The notes beneath the pieces are model-generated. The model searched no databases, was not told the origin of the DNA, and was given only the letters and a program-made list of their open reading frames with translations. DNA of 64,000 nt. Origin: Nitrospinaceae bacterium (lineage in GTDB: Bacteria; Nitrospinota; Nitrospinia; Nitrospinales; VA-1). Where the stretch lies: the NCBI GenBank assembly GCA_029261595.1, contig JAJDAZ010000012.1, positions 11,325 to 75,324 on the forward strand, in the 5' to 3' direction. This document shows positions 62,430 to 64,000 of the stretch, one piece after another. The position numbers and the translations under genes are program-made. How positions within the stretch are numbered: position 1 is the first letter of the stretch; every line of letters starts with the position of its first letter.

Positions 62430-63398
62430 TCAGAAGGGCCAAAAACCAGGTTTCTTGTTCGTGAACAGGATGGCGATCACTTCTTTTTCAAACGTGACCG
62501 GATAGTGACGCAGAGTGACAAGATACCCGTCCACCGGGGCGGCATATTCTTCCAGAGTTTCCCCCGTAGCAATACTCCTCATCTCCCCCAATTTTTGCCC
62601 CTGTTGCAGAAAACCTCCGACCCTGGCCTCCGCAACAAACAGGCCCGCCTGCGATGACATGATAGGGCGCTCCGCATTGGCGGCATAGATTTGCAATTTG
62701 GCAACTGCCTTTTTGTTTCCGGGAACGGTCAAAACTCCGGTGTTCACCATCAATTCCACAAGATTATCAAATAAAGAGTCGCACAACGAGCGGTCCAGGG
62801 CCTGCGGTTTTCCAGCGGACACGATCAGTGAGGGGATGTCGTTTTCCCGCCAGTGGCCGAACAGGCCCAATTTGAAATTCGTGGAATCGGGAAGTTTGCG
62901 GGCAATAGGGAGTCCCAGGCTTTCGGCCATTTTTTTAGTGGTCCGATCGGGGTCCACCAATTGAATGTGGGCGGCGTCCTCATAAAGCGGATCGGCTGTT
63001 TTCAGAATGACGCCGTGCGTGGAATCGGCGGTGTGGGTGAGGAGAGCCCGGGCGATGCGTTCGGTCACTTCCCCTTTGTCGCTTCCCGGAAAAGCCAGGT
63101 CAACATCGAGATCGTCGAAGGACCAGACATGGGTTCCCGATTGCGCCGCTTGCATATTGATGACGGGGAAAATTTGTACCCTGCCTTTTAATTTGAAATC
63201 CGGCTCCTGGCCGCAGGCGACACGGTTCATGAACCGGGTCAAGAGGGAGTTGATATAAATTCCATTCACCTGATCGCCGTGCAACCCGCTGACAATAGAA
63301 AGGACATTGTCGTCAGATTTACTGGCCTCCCAGGAGTTCTTGTAAACGGTGACCGCATCGCCAAACAGGGATGAAATGGATAGCAGGGTTTCTTTCAC
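62430..63398 (-). CDS. Succinylglutamate desuccinylase/aspartoacylase (M14)-family protein, probably catalytically degenerate
   Basis: SGLHGDQ (usually HGDE), DVDLAFPG (usually NR.FPG), C-terminal barrel-sandwich-like domain. Confidence 0.78.
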   Translation of the reverse strand: MKETLLSISSLFGDAVTVYKNSWEASKSDDNVLSIVSGLHGDQVNGIYINSLLTRFMNRVACGQEPDFKLKGRVQIFPVINMQAAQSGTHVWSFDDLDVDLAFPGSDKGEVTERIARALLTHTADSTHGVILKTADPLYEDAAHIQLVDPDRTTKKMAESLGLPIARKLPDSTNFKLGLFGHWRENDIPSLIVSAGKPQALDRSLCDSLFDNLVELMVNTGVLTVPGNKKAVAKLQIYAANAERPIMSSQAGLFVAEARVGGFLQQGQKLGEMRSIATGETLEEYAAPVDGYLVTLRHYPVTFEKEVIAILFTNKKPGFWPF

Positions 63399-63400
63399 GG

Positions 63401-64000
63401 TCAGAGCGTCTCTTTGAGGGCGATGCGGGCCAGCGGAGCGCCTTGATAAGTCACCGGCTGCTCTCGAAGGGTGAACAGGAGCCCCTCGGCGGGAAAGGTG
63501 ACCGTTTCCAAAACTTCTCCTCGGACGGCATCCACGATCGTTCCCAGGGCATCGCCTTTTTGAACCTGAGTCCCCAATGCCACATCGCTGACAAACAACC
63601 CGGCATGACCGGCCTGGACCAGAGCCACCTGTTTCGGGTGGACCAGAAGCGGTTGTTTGATTTCAGGCGATGGGTCCGCAAGGTCGAGAACGCCGGTCTG
63701 CCGGAGCAGGTGGATCATTCCCTGAAATATCTGTTCGCAATAATCCTGATGGATGCGCAGGCAGATGCCCGTTTCCACCACCAGCGTGGCAATCTTTTTG
63801 CGGTTGAGATTATAACCCAGCGTGGATTCAAATACCGGCGCGGACGGATGCACCCAGACCACATCCATATTGCACAGGGCGGCCAGGGGGATGAGTTTTT
63901 TATCAAATTCTTCAATGATCCGTATCTGCGGAAGTTCTTTCAAATGCAGATTGCTGGCATGAAAATCGACGACGATATCCGAAGACGCTTGTAGATCCTC
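63401..64000 (-). CDS. Succinylglutamate desuccinylase/aspartoacylase-family protein; 5' end outside the window
   Basis: The frame stays open to the window edge (EDLQASSDIVVDFHASNLHLKELPQ); DFH and VVETG motifs retained. Confidence 0.8.
   Translation of the reverse strand, partial: EDLQASSDIVVDFHASNLHLKELPQIRIIEEFDKKLIPLAALCNMDVVWVHPSAPVFESTLGYNLNRKKIATLVVETGICLRIHQDYCEQIFQGMIHLLRQTGVLDLADPSPEIKQPLLVHPKQVALVQAGHAGLFVSDVALGTQVQKGDALGTIVDAVRGEVLETVTFPAEGLLFTLREQPVTYQGAPLARIALKETL

Overview
A 64 kb bacterial chromosomal segment that is mostly core genes; gene style and content suggest a Nitrospina-like lineage (inference only). It carries purSQLF, guaBA, class II ribonucleotide reductase nrdJ with tandem NrdR boxes, pstSCAB, gnd-zwf-pgl, a spermidine synthase/DUF350/K+ channel locus, an Mre11/Rad50-like pair, an ECF sigma/anti-sigma/ArsM-like cluster and an apparent MiaA-TPR-lytic transglycosylase fusion. 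The most striking element is an AT-rich cassette right after nrdJ (about 33885-34704): an NrdR-box-like site, a sigma70 promoter, a coiled-coil/winged-helix gene and two well-folded but non-canonical tRNAs. One has a Leu-type body with a UUA anticodon that would read stop codons; the other has a UGC (Ala) anticodon but lacks G3:U70 and A73. The window also holds several families of small palindromic elements, including a triple-nested ~195 bp palindrome and an in-frame 78 bp insertion with a 5 bp target duplication inside an enzyme gene. A duplicated gene 3' end flanks an Smr gene at the border of an AT-rich PhnD-like/histidine kinase insert. No rRNA, CRISPR array, integrase or transposase was seen. 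All family calls are from motif recognition by eye, not database searches.
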